From the human T2T-CHM13v2.0 reference genome, Homo sapiens: 64,000 nt of DNA. Each line of letters begins with the position of its first letter. The first letter of the stretch is position 1. Both the position numbers and the translations under genes were made by a program. The notes under the pieces are model-generated. The model was not told the origin of the DNA. It did no database searches and worked only from the letters and a program-made list of their open reading frames with translations. Location: NCBI RefSeq assembly GCF_009914755.1, contig NC_060933.1, one strand, 5' to 3'. This document shows positions 46,126-58,409 of this stretch, in pieces.

Positions 46126-47449
46126 AGCCACCAGCAAGTGCCTGCTGTCTTCTCCATCTTCGGATCTGCCAGATGTTTTCTGAGGGTTTTCTGAACACAG
46201 TTCTTTTGCCTGCTTTCTTTTGGCCAAGTGTGTGAAGGAATGAAAAGTAAGATTGCATTTGGGGCTGCTGAACAGTGTAACGGGGAAGGAGAGTATGGGA
46301 AATGAAACATGACCCCAATATTTGGAAATTGAGGTCATCTCCTCTACACGCCATTGGTTGACTCCAGTCACGTGATTGCTTTTTGCAATAATTTGTGGGG
46401 AGAGTCGGCCAAGTTTTGTGAGACTTGACAGGTATCAAATGGTTAAATTTCCTCTGACTCAATCAAGTTGGCTGGAAAGACATCCTTTTCCATCCTCTGC
46501 CCCCTCCCTCCCTCTCCCCATAAAAGAGCAGTGAGTGGGAGGAGCTCAGAAGCCCCAAGAATTCCCCAAGCCCTCTCCCTGCTGTGGTCCAGATTTGCCG
46601 GAGGGGTTGGAGTTTTGGTTGCTACCCAGGGCTGTGCCCACCCAGCAGTGCGGCAGCCCCAGGCAGGGGCGTGCTCCCAGTGCCAGGCTCACAGTGGTTT
46701 CTCCAGTGATGTTACTCCTGGGCTGCTCCTGCGGGGCTGGCCAGAGCCTGCTCTTCACCCCGCCCTGCAGATATTTCTGGACTCCCCACCGCCACGCCTC
46801 AGCCGAACACAGCTGGTGCTGCCCGTCCCGCCCTGCCTTCTCGCTGCCTGGCCTGTCTGCCTGCCCTGCCTCCTCCCTGGACCGCCCCATCCCACTTCCT
46901 GGGAGATAGACCTTGATAGGTGGAGTAGGGGCTGTGCAGAGCAGTGAGCTGCCCCGCTGGAGGGCGAGGATGAGTCCCCAACACTTCCCGAGGGCACCCA
47001 CATAGGAGCCTGAGCCAAGCTGCATCTGGAACAGTGCAGGACCTGTCCCTGCTCGGTCACGTGACGTGGCTCTGGGAATGGCCTTGGGAGACAATCACAC
47101 ATGGGAATGGAGGGGCTGGCACTTGCCTGGCCTGTGGTGAGCATCAGCTGCACCATCTCACTGCACCCTCACCCGGGCCTGAGAAGGGACAGAGCCTAGG
47201 AGTCAGGGGGCAGGGATGCCAGGCAGATGTCTTCCATTCCTGCTGTGGGGCCCTAAGCCAGCAACGGCCCTTCGCCTGGCATGGTCACTCTTTGACTTGT
47301 CACAGTTCCCTCTTCTCACTTCCCATCGGTTTATCAGCTCTCCCCGGGGAGAAGGCCAGGGCCCTGAGCTATAGTCCTGGCCTGGGGGCCCAGTCCAAAC
47401 AGGGTCCTGGGAGCAGAGCCATTCCATTTGGCCAACACAGCTTTTAAGT

Positions 47450-47570
47450 TCCTTTCTTTCTCCTTCCCCCTCCATCCTTCCCTCCTTCCTTCTTTCCTCC
47501 CTCTCTTCCTCCCTCCCTCTCTCCCATCCCCTTCCTTCCTTCCCTTTGTCCCTCCATCCCTTCTCTTTTT
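47450..47570. repeat. Polypyrimidine (CCTT/CCCT)n tract
   Basis: Direct reading. Confidence 0.85.
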
Positions 47571-48873
47571 ACTCCAGTGCCTTCAAGAGGGATGCAGCAG
47601 CCACAGTCTCCACCACTTCCCAGGCCTCTCTGCACATCAGCATAACCTGCCTGGACCCTGAAGGCTTTTGCCTTTTCACCTGGGTCGGGCCTATCTTGGG
47701 GAGACCGAGGCAAATGGGATGGGACCCCTCGTTTCCTTCCAGGAGCTCACAGTCTGACAGGCAGACCATTGTGAATTTTACTCAGGGCCCTCCATGGGAT
47801 GTGCTGGGTCTTGCATCCGACAGTCTGGGAGGGTTAATTGCACTGGGGAGAGCTGGGGAGCTTCCTGGAGGAGGTGATGTGAAACTGGCCTTCCCTCCTT
47901 CTCTTCTCCTTCCTTTTATTGCAGAAATGACCCTCCTTCGTGGGGTCCTCCTCCACCTCTGGCTTTAATCTTGCTCTCTTCCCTCCTTCTGACAGGACAT
48001 TCCACACCGTGTCCCAGAGCTCTCCTGGGCGGCTCCCTTGGCTGGAAAGCCCCTCATTCACGGGCTTGGCAGGTGCTCCCAGTATCTGTTTGCCAGGAGA
48101 ATACAAGTGCCCCTAAGGGAAGTGGCAGATCCTGGCAGCTTCCTTAACCCTTTCTCTGCCCCCGTTCCTCCTGTTTCCCTTTGACGAGCCCTGCTGGCCT
48201 GGCACAGTGAGCCCAGTCTGCACAGCTCTGCAGACAGCTCCACAGCTGTGGATTAGGATGTGGGGGCCTCTGGGGGTGATTTTGGGTACCTGTGCTGGGT
48301 GACAGGTGGTCGGATGTGGGAGGGGACATTCCTTGGCAATCAGATTACTGAACTCCAGGCCAGCAAGGTCGGTGTGAGGCTGGAGCTGAGTTTCCCTGCC
48401 TCTGAGGGGCTGTCGGATGGGCTGGGCGAGGACAAGTCACTGCACCTCAGCTTCCCCTCGTGAACATGGGGAGAACCACATTTCTTGCTTTGAGGCATGG
48501 TTGTGAAGATTGATTGAGGCCACACCTGTGAGAAGCTTTGCAGGCTGCCTGACCTGTACTCGGCACTGGCTGTGTGGGGACGTTACCATCGCCCCCATCT
48601 TCAGTGGTGGTTTTGCAGGAGGAAAGAGCAGTGTTCCCACAGCCCTCTTTAGCTCCCAGAAGCACAGGCGAGGGAGGTGTGCCTGTGTGGGGCCTGGCCC
48701 TGCTGAGACCCCTGGGGCTCTGCTGTTGCCCGCTTAGCCGGTCTCTGCTGCCCCTTTGCCTTCCTTGGCCTCGGTTCTTTGCTTTCCCACGGAACCTCAT
48801 GGGGTCATTGTCCAGGCCGTGGGGTGTGATGCATGTGAAAAGCTTTAGAAGCCAATTCCAGGGTTTGCACTCA

Positions 48874-49030
48874 TGTGTGCGTTTGTGTGTATGTGTGTCA
48901 TGTGTGCGTGTGTGTGTGTGTGTGTCAGGCCGTGTGCACGTGTGGACAATGTGTATATCTCCCCGCGATCTGCCTGCACACATGTGTTTGTGGGTATACA
49001 TGTGTGTTTGAGTGTGCACGCATGCGCATC
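48874..49030. repeat. Degenerate (TG)n tract
   Basis: Direct reading. Confidence 0.8.
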
Positions 49031-49436
49031 CTTGCACATGTACCTGCGTTCACATGGGTGTCCCTGGCTGACTCCACGTGCAGGGCCTGGTGTGTTTGAG
49101 GAGCTCGTGGCAGGGCGACGTTTCTCTCCTTACCGTGACCCGGCCCCAGCTGGACGGGAGAGGAGGAGATGGCACGTGGAACCTGCCGGTTGAGCGTGAG
49201 GCTGTGGGTTCTGCCGCAGGGCAAGCCGGGTCCAGCTGGATCCGACAATTTCATGTCTTTTTAAACTCCCGGGAGGGCGATGTTACATTATGGCTCCCGC
49301 TTCTCCTCTATTTACATTCTCCCATATAATTGACTCGTCTGCTCTCTCTCAGTGCTTTGCCAAGTGTCGGTTTTAAAGTTTCTGGCCTGGCTGGTGGATG
49401 TGCCTCGATCCTGCAGGCGGAGCCCACAGCGGCCCT

Positions 49437-49906
49437 TGTGGTGGTTACTACTGAGTGTCAATTTGATTGGATTGAAGGATACAAGTATTAATCCTGCGTG
49501 TGTCTATGAGAGTGTTGCCAAAGGAGATTAACATTTGAATCAGTGGGCTGGGGAAGGCAGACCCACCGTTAATCGGGAGGGCACAATCTAATCAGCCGCT
49601 AGCAGGTGTAGAGCAGGCAGAAAAACATGAAGAGACGAGACTGGCCCAGCCTCCCAGCCTACATCTTTCTCCTGTGCTGGACGCTTCCTGCCCTCGAACA
49701 TCGGACTCCAAGTTCTTCAGGTTTGGGACTCGGACTTGCTCTCCTTGCTGCTCAGCTTGCAGACAGCCTATTGTGGTGGGACCTTGTGATTGTGTAAGTC
49801 AGTACTTAATAAACTCCTATATATATATATATAATATATATATATATATTTCTATTATTTCTATTCCTATTAGTTCTGTCCCTCTAAGGGAACCCTGACT
49901 AATACA
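49437..49906 (+). mobile_element. MLT2A (HERVL) solo LTR, ~470 bp, MLT2A1-like
   Basis: tgtggtggttactactgagtgtcaatttgattggattgaaggatac start, internal (TA)n, gaaccctgactaataca end; TSD gccct/gctct. Confidence 0.9.
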
Positions 49907-51144
49907 GCTCTGCTCATAGGCAGGACTGCAGGACTGCAGCCACCAGGACATGGCATAGGGACCAGGGTGGCCTGCTGGCAAAGGACAGGCAGCCGGCAAG
50001 ACTCCTGGATTCCTATCCTGGCTCCAGTGTCTACCAGCAGTGCATTTTCCCACCCTGTGCCTCACTTTCCCCATCTGTAAGAAGGGGGTGGTGACTGTAA
50101 CTACAGTAGGGTTTTAGTGATGTCTAATGTATTACTCATATAAAGCACAGAGTAAGACCCCATTACTGCCCTTGCCACCAGGGGCCCCAGTGCAGCAGGA
50201 GGCTGTGAGGTGGTTTGGGGCCCTCTACTCGCTGGCCTGTGCGTGCTCCCTTGCCATCCTGTGTGGTGTCACACTGCTGCTTCCCTCACTGGGTACGCAG
50301 GAGAAAAGGTAAGGCAGTAAGCACCAGTGGTCAGTTCAGCGGATCGCTCGCTGCTCGCTGCCTCTGAGGCTCTGAGCCTGAGCCAGGAAGGTGCATCCTT
50401 GGGCAGTCGCGGGCCAGGCCAAGTTCAGCCCGCAGAGTGGCCCTCCCCTGCCTCCTCTGGCCACTTGCTCTTTACAAGGAACGGAGGTCCAGGAGGTGGA
50501 TGGACCTGTGCACCTCCCAGCTGCAGGCCTCTGTTCTGTCTCTGTGATGTGATGGCGGTGAGTGGTGGCTGATCACTGAAAGGAGGTGTTCCAGGCAGGG
50601 GTGGGTGAAGTTGGTGCGGGCGGGGTGTGGGGGGGGCTTTGCCATCTCAGATGTTGTTTTTGTGCCAGCCCAGCCCCAGGCCACTGGAGAGAAGACCGTG
50701 GAATGAATGAATTGGTGGCTGGATGCTCAGTGGAGGGGTGCGGGTCACTTTGAGTTATCCATGTCAGATAGTCCGAGCCGTCACACCCTCAGCTTCCTAT
50801 CAGCAGAGGAGTTTTTCTGGAGGAATCTCAAACTAGGTAATAACCTCATATTAGCAGTAAATGTCACCATCCTTTGATGACTCAGACCTAAGAAATGGAA
50901 CCACAGCCTGACCCACTTTTCTCAAAATTTAATTACTCAGAGCTCTGGGGACATGGGCTCAGCCTATTTGCCGAGATGTCTCTGCCCATGAAATGGAAGC
51001 TTCCTTTATTTTCTGTTTCCTAGACCCGTGTTCTTGTAGGGAAATTAGCTCTTCTGTCCTTTTCTTCCTTGCCAGGACCTCGGCAATAGGGTTTCTGGTG
51101 GCCTCTTTTTTTTCTGTAAATAAATGCCACAAAATGACATAAAA

Positions 51145-51720
51145 ACAGTGTGGTGATTCCTCAAGGATCTAGAACCAGAAATACCATTTGACCTGGTGAT
51201 CCCATTACTGGGTATATACCCAAAGGATTATAAATCATCCTACTATAAAGAGAAATGCACACGTATGTTTATTGCGGCACTGTTCACAATAGCAAAGACT
51301 TGCAACCAACCCAAATGCCCATCAATGATAGATTGGATAAAGAAAATATGGCACATATACATCATGGAATACTATGCAGCCATAAAAAAAGGATAGTTCA
51401 TGTCCTTTGCAGGGACATGGATGAAGCTGGAAATCATCATTCTCAGCAAACTAACACAAGAACAGAAAACCACAAACACCACATGTTCTCACTCATAAGT
51501 GGGAGTTGAACAATGAGAACACACGGACACAGGGAGGGGAACATCATGCACCAGGGCCTGTTGGGGGGTGGGGGGCTAGGGGAGGGAGAGCATTAGGAGA
51601 AATACCTAATGTAGATGACAGGTTAATGGGTGCAGCAAACCACCATGGCATGTGTATACCTGTGTAACAAACCTGTGCGTTCTGTACATGTATCCCAGAA
51701 CTTAAAGTATAATAAAAAAA
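51145..51720 (+). mobile_element. 5'-truncated L1PA (PA5-PA7-like) 3' end
   Basis: ORF2 C-terminal residues IPLLGIYPKDYKS...CTRMFIAALFTIAK...WIKKIWHIYIMEYYAAIKK, a G-rich 3'UTR and cccagaacttaaagtataataaaaaaa. Confidence 0.95.
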
Positions 51721-52740
51721 TTTTTTTTAAATGTGTGTATGTAGCAGGAGTGACTTAAGTTGAAAAACTCTGACCCTTGCATTGGGAAACAGTGATCTCC
51801 CAGTGAGAACACATGAGCATCGTAACCGTCTTCCATTGGAAGCGACCGTCTTCCATTCTGCTGGCGGGTGGCCTGGGGGACCAGCACTCTTTCCCGTGTG
51901 TGGGTACAGAGGGAACAGATGGGGTCCATATGCAAAGACATTGGGTGTGTCAGCAGGTTTGCTTGGCAGCATTTATGGACCCCTAACATGAGACGGACCT
52001 GTGCGGGGGGCACAGGTGAGCGATAGGCGAGCCGTCTGTGCCCTACTGGGTCTTCCGCTGCGGCGGGGGAGTCAGCCATCTGAACAGGTGGTTTTACCCA
52101 GTGAGGTGCAGTAGAAGTGGGAGTAGGGTGTGGCCAAGGCCAGTCTAGGGAGGCACCTGCCAGCCCCATGGGGCGGTGGCCAGTCAGAGACCAGCCTGCT
52201 TCTCCAGGGCCAGCCCTTTGGGATGCATGCGCCTGAAGGCAGGCTCCCATTGGTGGATGCAGAGGGCACGTTCCCGTGCATGTTCTTCCTCTGGCTCTTG
52301 TTCATATTTTCATATTTACACTGGACCCTGCTCTGAGGGTGCTCCCGTCAGCACCTGTGATCCTCAAACCCGCCCTTCGTGCCAGGTGGGATCGGCCCAT
52401 TCTGCAGATGTGCCAGTCTAGCTCCTTGAGTCCAGCTGGCACAAGGGGATGAAAACCACCCTCCACGTCCCAGTGGTCACACGGCCTGCATGTTGGTGCA
52501 GGTCCGTACAGTCACATGCATGGACGCAAGCAGCCTCTGTCCATTCTCAAGGCCAGGTGAGGGCGGCGTGGCTCCGCTCCCTCCTGTTTGTTTGCTGGCG
52601 CCAGCCACCATGGCAGCTGGGTCCCAGTGCTTCAGAAGGGGAGCCATGGCCCCAGGCAACAGTGCGTACCTGAAGCCTCTGCCTCGGTTTCTTCTTCTTC
52701 CTTTCAGATGCATAAAAATGCACATCAAGCCTGGGCACCA

Positions 52741-52857
52741 TCTGGTGGCCTCTTTATTTTTTAAATAAATGCCATAAAATGACATAAAAACAGTGTGGCG
52801 ATTCCTCCAGGATCTAGAACCAGAAACACCATTTGACCCAACAATACCATTACTGGG
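52741..52857 (+). repeat. Diverged second copy of 51094-51212 (unique flank plus L1 5' junction)
   Basis: tctggtggcctcttt...aaataaatgcca(c/t)aaaatgacataaaaacagtgtgg(t/c)gattcctc...cattactggg present at both sites. Confidence 0.9.
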
Positions 52858-52860
52858 CAC

Positions 52861-53061
52861 CACCTCTACAGAAATTTCAGAAACAATTAGCCAGGTGTGG
52901 TGGTTCGTGCTTGTGGTCCCAGCTACTTGAGAGGCTGAGGTGGGAGGATCACTTGAGCCAGGGAGGCTGAGGCTGTAGTGAGCTGTGTTTGTGCCACTGC
53001 ACTGTAGCCTGGGTGACAGAGTGAGACCCTGTCTAAAAAAAAATGAAAATAAAAATAAAAA
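52861..53061 (+). mobile_element. AluJ-like linker plus right arm (left arm absent)
   Basis: ctctacagaaa...attagccaggtgtggtgg...ggaggatcacttgagcc...gagaccctgtct and an A-tail. Confidence 0.88.
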
Positions 53062-54004
53062 TGTACACCAGAGAGCACGGTGGTCTCAGCTTTTCCAGCT
53101 GTAGTTTCGTCTTTCTTCTGGAGGACAGAGGCCCAGCCATCTGCATCCTCAGCACACAATTAGGTCAGTCACTGGGGCCTGTTGTGGGGGTGACAGGCAA
53201 GCCTGGGTGTGGGGAGAGCCGGCCCGTTGCCCATGGGCTCTGCACAGTGGGTGGGTGCAGGTGCGATGACAGGCGCGGGACAGAGGGGCCCCTGGGGGGA
53301 CTTTTCTCGGGTCCTCTGCCTTCCCACCACTGTGTCCATCAGGGACATTCCCAGGATCTGTCTTTGCTGCTGGTTGTCTTCCCTTGATTTTTTGTTTTGT
53401 TTTCTTTCTTTGGGGATGATCTGAAATCCTCTTCCTGTGCTATTTCTCTGCTCTTCCCCTGGGGAAAGGAGAGTGAGGAGAAAGTGTCCCGTGTCCACGT
53501 TCCTGTGGACGTTCCCCTTCCTTCTTTCTAAGGAGGGATGGTGACTCCCAGAGGTACTAAGGAAAGGAGAAAGTGACACTGACTCTTCTCAGAGCCTTTG
53601 GCTACAGAGTGTTCCCGCGGTCGAGGTGGGGTGAAGGGCGTTCTCGAGGGAAGGGTAGGGAACGATTTCTGACTGCGATTGTAAGAGCTTTCTAGGTAAT
53701 TATTATTCATGCTATTTAGGGTCATAGGTCTCAGTAATGGTCGACTAGGTCAAAAAGTACTGCTTGAGCAGTGGAGATACTCAGCTGAAGGTTGAGAACA
53801 CACAGGGCGTCCTTGGGCCGGTGTGGCGGTAACAGTGAGCTGGTGACAGCAGGCAGACCCAGTGTAACACGGCTCTGCTGGGTGGGGCAAGGAGATGCCC
53901 CAGGTGGAGCCATCGGGAGAGGGAGAGGGGGTGGGAGGGCAGGGGAGCGACTGTCCTGCCAGGGATGCCAGTGTCATCCTCCTGCCCCTGAAACAGGTGG
54001 ACAT

Positions 54005-54215
54005 CATGGCTTCTCAGCCCAGGCCATTTGGGGACATGTGGCAATGTCTGGAGATGTTTTCTGATTGTCGCACCTGGGGTGGGGGCAGGGCTATCGGCCT
54101 GTAGTTGGGGGAGTCCGAGGATGCTGCTCTGCACCCCACAGTGCACGGGACAGCCCCCACCAAAAAGACTGACCCAGCCCGGAGGCTGCAGGAATCGTGG
54201 GATAGAGGAAGCAAA
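54005..54215 (+). mobile_element. MER20-like DNA transposon
   Basis: ggggacatgtggcaatgtctggagatgttttctgattgtcgcac...ggatgctgctctgcaccccacagtgcacgggacagccccc. Confidence 0.7.
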
Positions 54216-54321
54216 GGTGAGATTCCGTGGCCTCACCCCATGGTCTTCTCATGGCTCATTGTCAGACAGGAGGGAGGGCCTCTTCTTAGGCCGGGTCCAG
54301 CGTTTCTCCTCATGGTGTAGA

Positions 54322-54498
54322 CCAGCAGTTCCCAAACTTTACCAGGCCCCAGAATCCCCCCGAGGCCTCTCTTAAGGCACAGATTGTTTCTGACTCAGGA
54401 GGCCTTGGGTGGGCCCAGGAAACTGCATTTCTAACGAAGTCAGTTCCCAGACCACGCGGATGCTGGAGCGTCTGGGGGTGCCACACTTTGCAAACCAC
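54322..54498. mobile_element. MER5A-like DNA transposon
   Basis: cagcagttcccaaacttt...gggcccaggaaactgcatttctaac...ccacactttgcaaaccac. Confidence 0.7.
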
Positions 54499-55169
54499 GA
54501 GTCGTTCTGCGTCCTCGAGCCCAGGGTCTTGGATTTCAGCATTAATGGTGGTCGTGGGGTGGGGAGGGCACCTGCCAGGGGAGAAGCGCTGGAGAGAAGA
54601 GAGGAGGGTGTGGCTGTTCCTCCACCCATCTCAGGAACCTCCCGCTTTCTTTATGGTGGTCCCCGCTTCACAAAGCACCCATGGTGCTGTTCCCCTGCAC
54701 ACCTGGCAGCGGCACTCACTCATCTCCAAAGCAAAGACCCCACTATCCGGCAGGTCTTAGGGAGCAGGGAGACCCTGGGGGTGGGGGTGAGCTTCCAGAG
54801 AAGGGGTTTCCCATGGGTTTGGCCATGAGATTCTGCTGTTGTTGATGTTCTTATTATGGGAAGGCTCAGACACAGCGCAGCAAAGGTCGTGTTCTGCCTG
54901 GGGCCACAGGGACCAGCCCACAGCCAACCCCGTTCCAGCCAGAGGCCAGCCCACGCCCCCGCACCCGGTGATTTTGAAGCCAGTCCCTGACATCAGCTGC
55001 GTTCTTCGGTAACTATTTCGGTCTCCGAAAGAGGAGGACCCCTACTCCAAACTCACCTCAGCTTGCTGGCCGTGTGCCGTCTGTGCGTCTCCCAAGGGCG
55101 CCCCCCTCACCCAGACCTCCCCTCCATCCGTACTGTGCTCGGTCCACAGGACCAGGCTCTGCAGAGCCA

Positions 55170-56752
55170 GGGATCTGTAGGACTGCAGGTTTATAGGGCT
55201 GGGGATCTGTAGGGCCAGGGTTCTATAGGGATGGTGGTCTGCAGGGCTGGGGGTCTTTCAGGCAGGGGGCTATAGGGCTGGGGACTCTGCAGGGCTGGGG
55301 GTGTCTGCAGGGTCAGGGGTCTCTCAAGCTGGGGATCTGTAGGGCTGGGGGTGTGCAGGGCCGGGTGTCTGTAGGGCTGGGAGTCTGTAGGGCCAGGCAT
55401 CTGTAGGGCTGGTGTCTGTATGGCTGAGGGTGTGTAGGGCTGGGGGTGTGTAGGGCTGGTGTATGTAGGGCTGGAGGTGTGTAGGGCTGAGGGTGTGTAG
55501 GGCTGGAAGTGTATAGGGCTGGTGTGTGTAGGGCTGGAGGTGTGTAGGGCTGGAGTTGTGTAGAGCTGGTGTGTGTAGGGCTGGAGGTGTGCAGGGCTGG
55601 GTGTGTGTAGGGCTGGGGGTGTGTAGGACTGGGAGTGTGTAGGGCTTAGGGTGTGTAGTGCTGGGGGTGTGTAGGGCTGGGGGTATGTAGGGCTGGAGGT
55701 GTATAGGGCTGGAGGTGTGTAGGGCTGGAGGTTTGTAGAGCTGGTGTGTGTAGGGCTGGAGGTGTGTAGGGCTGGGGGTGTTTTGGGCTGTAGGTGTGTA
55801 GGGCTGGAGGTGTGTAGAGCTGGTGTGTGTAGGGCTGGAGGAGTGTAGGGCTGGGGTGTGTGTAGGGCTGGGGGTGTGTAGGGCTGGGAGTGTGTAGGGC
55901 TGGGGTGTATAGTGCTGAGAGTGTGTAGGGCTGGTGTGTGTAGGGCTGGAGGTGTGTAGGGCTGGAGGTGTGTAGGGCTGGTGTGTGTAGGGCTGGAGGT
56001 GTGTAGGGCTGGAGTTGTGTAGAGCTGGTGTGTGTAGGGCTGGAGGTGTGCAGGGCTGGGTGTGTGTAGGGCTGGGTGTGTGTAGGGCTGGGTGTGTGTA
56101 GGGCTGGGGGTGTGTAGGGCTGGGAGTGTGTAGGGCTGAGGGTGTGTAGGGCTGGGGGTGTGTAGGGCTGGAGGTGTGTAGGGCTGGTGTGTGTAGGGCT
56201 GTAGGTGTGTAGAGCTGGTGTGTGTAGGGCTGTAGGTGTGTAGGGCTGTAGATGTGTAGGGCTGGGGTGTGTGTAGGGCTGGTGTGTGTAGGGCTTGTGG
56301 TGTCTAGGGCTGGGGTGTGTAGACCTCGTGTGTGTTTAGGGCGGGGTTTGTAGTGCTGGTGGTGTGTGGGGCTCGTGTGTGTAGGGCTGGAAGTGTCTAG
56401 GGCTGGGGGTGTGTAGGGCTGGGGGTGTGTAGGGCTGGTGTTTGTAGGGCTGGGGGTGTGTAGGGCTGGGGGTGTGTAGAGCTGGGGGAGGGTAGGGCTG
56501 GTGTGTGTAGGGCTGGAGGTGTGTAGGGCTGGGGGTGTGTAGAGCTGGTGTGTGTAGGGCTGGGGGTGTGTAGGGCTGGTGTGTGTAGGGCTGGAGGTGT
56601 GTAGGGCTAGGGGTGTGTAGGGCTGGTGTGTGTAGGGCTGGGGGTGTGTAGGGCTGGTGTGTGTAGGGCTGGAGGTGTGTAGGGCTGGTGTGTGTATAAG
56701 GCAGGGGTTTGTAGGGCTGGGGTTGTGTTGGGCCGGGCGTCTGTAGGGCTGG
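55170..56752. repeat. Large G/T-rich minisatellite, 15-19-bp units around GTGTAGGGCTGG, ~1.6 kb
   Basis: Direct reading; explains the 569-aa H/T/P-rich minus-strand ORF. Confidence 0.97.
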
Positions 56753-57004
56753 TTTATCCGAATGCACTGGGTGGCCTTGGGCTTTAGGGCCTGCACTTTT
56801 CTGTTTTGTGCATCGATGTGGGAGGCAGGGTGAGTCCCCACCCGAGGGAGGCGGAGGTGGAGCTCAGAGAAGCACAGAGCCCCGGGAGGCCCCCAGCCGG
56901 GAGGGTGGAGGGCGGCTGTGTCCCATACCTTTAGCCTCTCAGCTGGGCTGTGCAGCGTCCTCATGAGCCTGAGCTCAGTGCTGCTAAGGCAGTTCGTAGC
57001 ACCT

Positions 57005-57140
57005 TCCTGTGCCTCAGTTTCCCCATCTGTCAAGTGGGCATGAGAATAATACCTGTCTCACAGGCATGCTGAGAGGACTCAGGATTCACATGTGTAAACT
57101 GCTAGGACCACCACAGCTGGCTATGGTCATTACTATTACT
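57005..57140 (+). mobile_element. MIR fragment
   Basis: tgtgcctcagtttccccatctgtcaagtggg...aatacctgtctcacagg. Confidence 0.7.
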
Positions 57141-58409
57141 GTGTGTCCCAGGCATGCCATTGGTTCAGAGGTCACAGGTGGCCCCCATGAGGTGACTTGC
57201 AGGAGTCTGCTGAGCCCATGGAATTGAGCTGGGCTTGTGAAAGTGCCACAGGAGACAGGAATGTGTGACCAGGCTGGACTCAGCCCGAAGGCTGTGGGTG
57301 AGGACCCAGAGGGTGCCATGGGTGCTGTGCCCACCAGGCTGTCCTATGGCACGTGGGCTTGTCAGAGCCTCTGGCACCTGCAGCAGGGCTCCCCTGTCCT
57401 GCCCTCCTTGAATGTCCTGGCACAGAGGGCTGGTACCAAGACAGCAGCTGCACTGCCATTTTGCAGAGGGTTGGAGTTCTCTGGGTCTGTAACCCTGGCC
57501 CGGAGTTGCCTGGTGTTTTCTGGGATTGACTGGAAGCAAAGGAGGGTGGGCAGGTCCAGCTTCCTGCAGGGTGGGGCTTTGCAGGGCTCACCACCGGATG
57601 CCAGAGGATGCCGGAGCTTGGAGCCTGGGACCCTCACAGTGGACAGGTGCAGGAGCCCCGGGGCCCCACCTTGCAGCTTCAGATTGAGGGTCTGAGGTGG
57701 AGCCTGGGGCCTGCGGCTCCTCGTCCTGCCCGCCCAGTGCAGCGGCAGTGACCAGTTGAGGGTACTTTGGGAAACTCTGAGCAGAGGAGGGTGGGGGCCT
57801 GTGCCTCCCTCCAGCCCTCTGTCCTTCTGCAGAGCCTGTCCCTATCACCAGCTCACAGTCACCTCTTGGACTTTTGCAAAGAGAGCTCAGGGGATGAGGA
57901 GGGAAGCAGTGATTCTCAGGGACACCGGGAGCTTCGGAGGCCGAGAGAGCAGGTTTGAACTCCTGGCTGTGGGATCTCCAACATGTTACTTAACCTCTCT
58001 GATCTGAGGCAGCTTATCTGCATATCAGAGGCAATAGCACCACCTACCTGGACTGGCAGCTGTGAGGATCTAAGGAAGCAATACTGGTGTGGATGCAAAG
58101 CCCTAGGTGTGCCCGGTGTGCAGGACATCGTCCCGTGCAGTGCAAGCACCAGGTGCACTCGTGGTATTGATAACGATGCCTGCTGCTTTTATTGGGATGG
58201 TCGCAGATGGTATCATATAATTCTTATTAGAGATGGCTGTTATTTTACATGGCTGTTAATACGGAGGTTGGGAGGCAGTAATTGTAACTTTTATAAAGTG
58301 TGAAAGAAGGACTAAAGCTGCTGTTTGCAGCTTCAGGCCCAGCCAGGGACCTCAGAGGATGCTAAATGGTTGGCACAAAAGGGCCAGAGGTTCCAATTGG
58401 CAGGGCAAG

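Larger units (their letters stand above)
50800..54300 (-). ncRNA. COL5A1-AS1: Possible location of the antisense lncRNA annotated in COL5A1 intron 1
   Basis: Mostly recall that an antisense lncRNA lies ~7-11 kb after the ATG. Sequence support is only a minus-strand AATAAA (tttatt 51005-51010). Exons not resolved. Confidence 0.25.

Noticed and set aside
45361-46462. Six overlapping 245-314 aa ORFs
   Set aside because: Artefact of a stop-free 39-bp repeat unit (a multiple of 3).
51196-51509. ORF with clear protein similarity (IPLLGIYPKDYK...)
   Set aside because: It is the C-terminal remnant of L1 ORF2p in a truncated element, not a host gene.
55324-57033. 569-aa mucin/extensin-like H/T/P-rich ORF
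   Set aside because: Translation of the minisatellite's C-rich strand; its N-terminus derives from a MIR, with no promoter or splice support.
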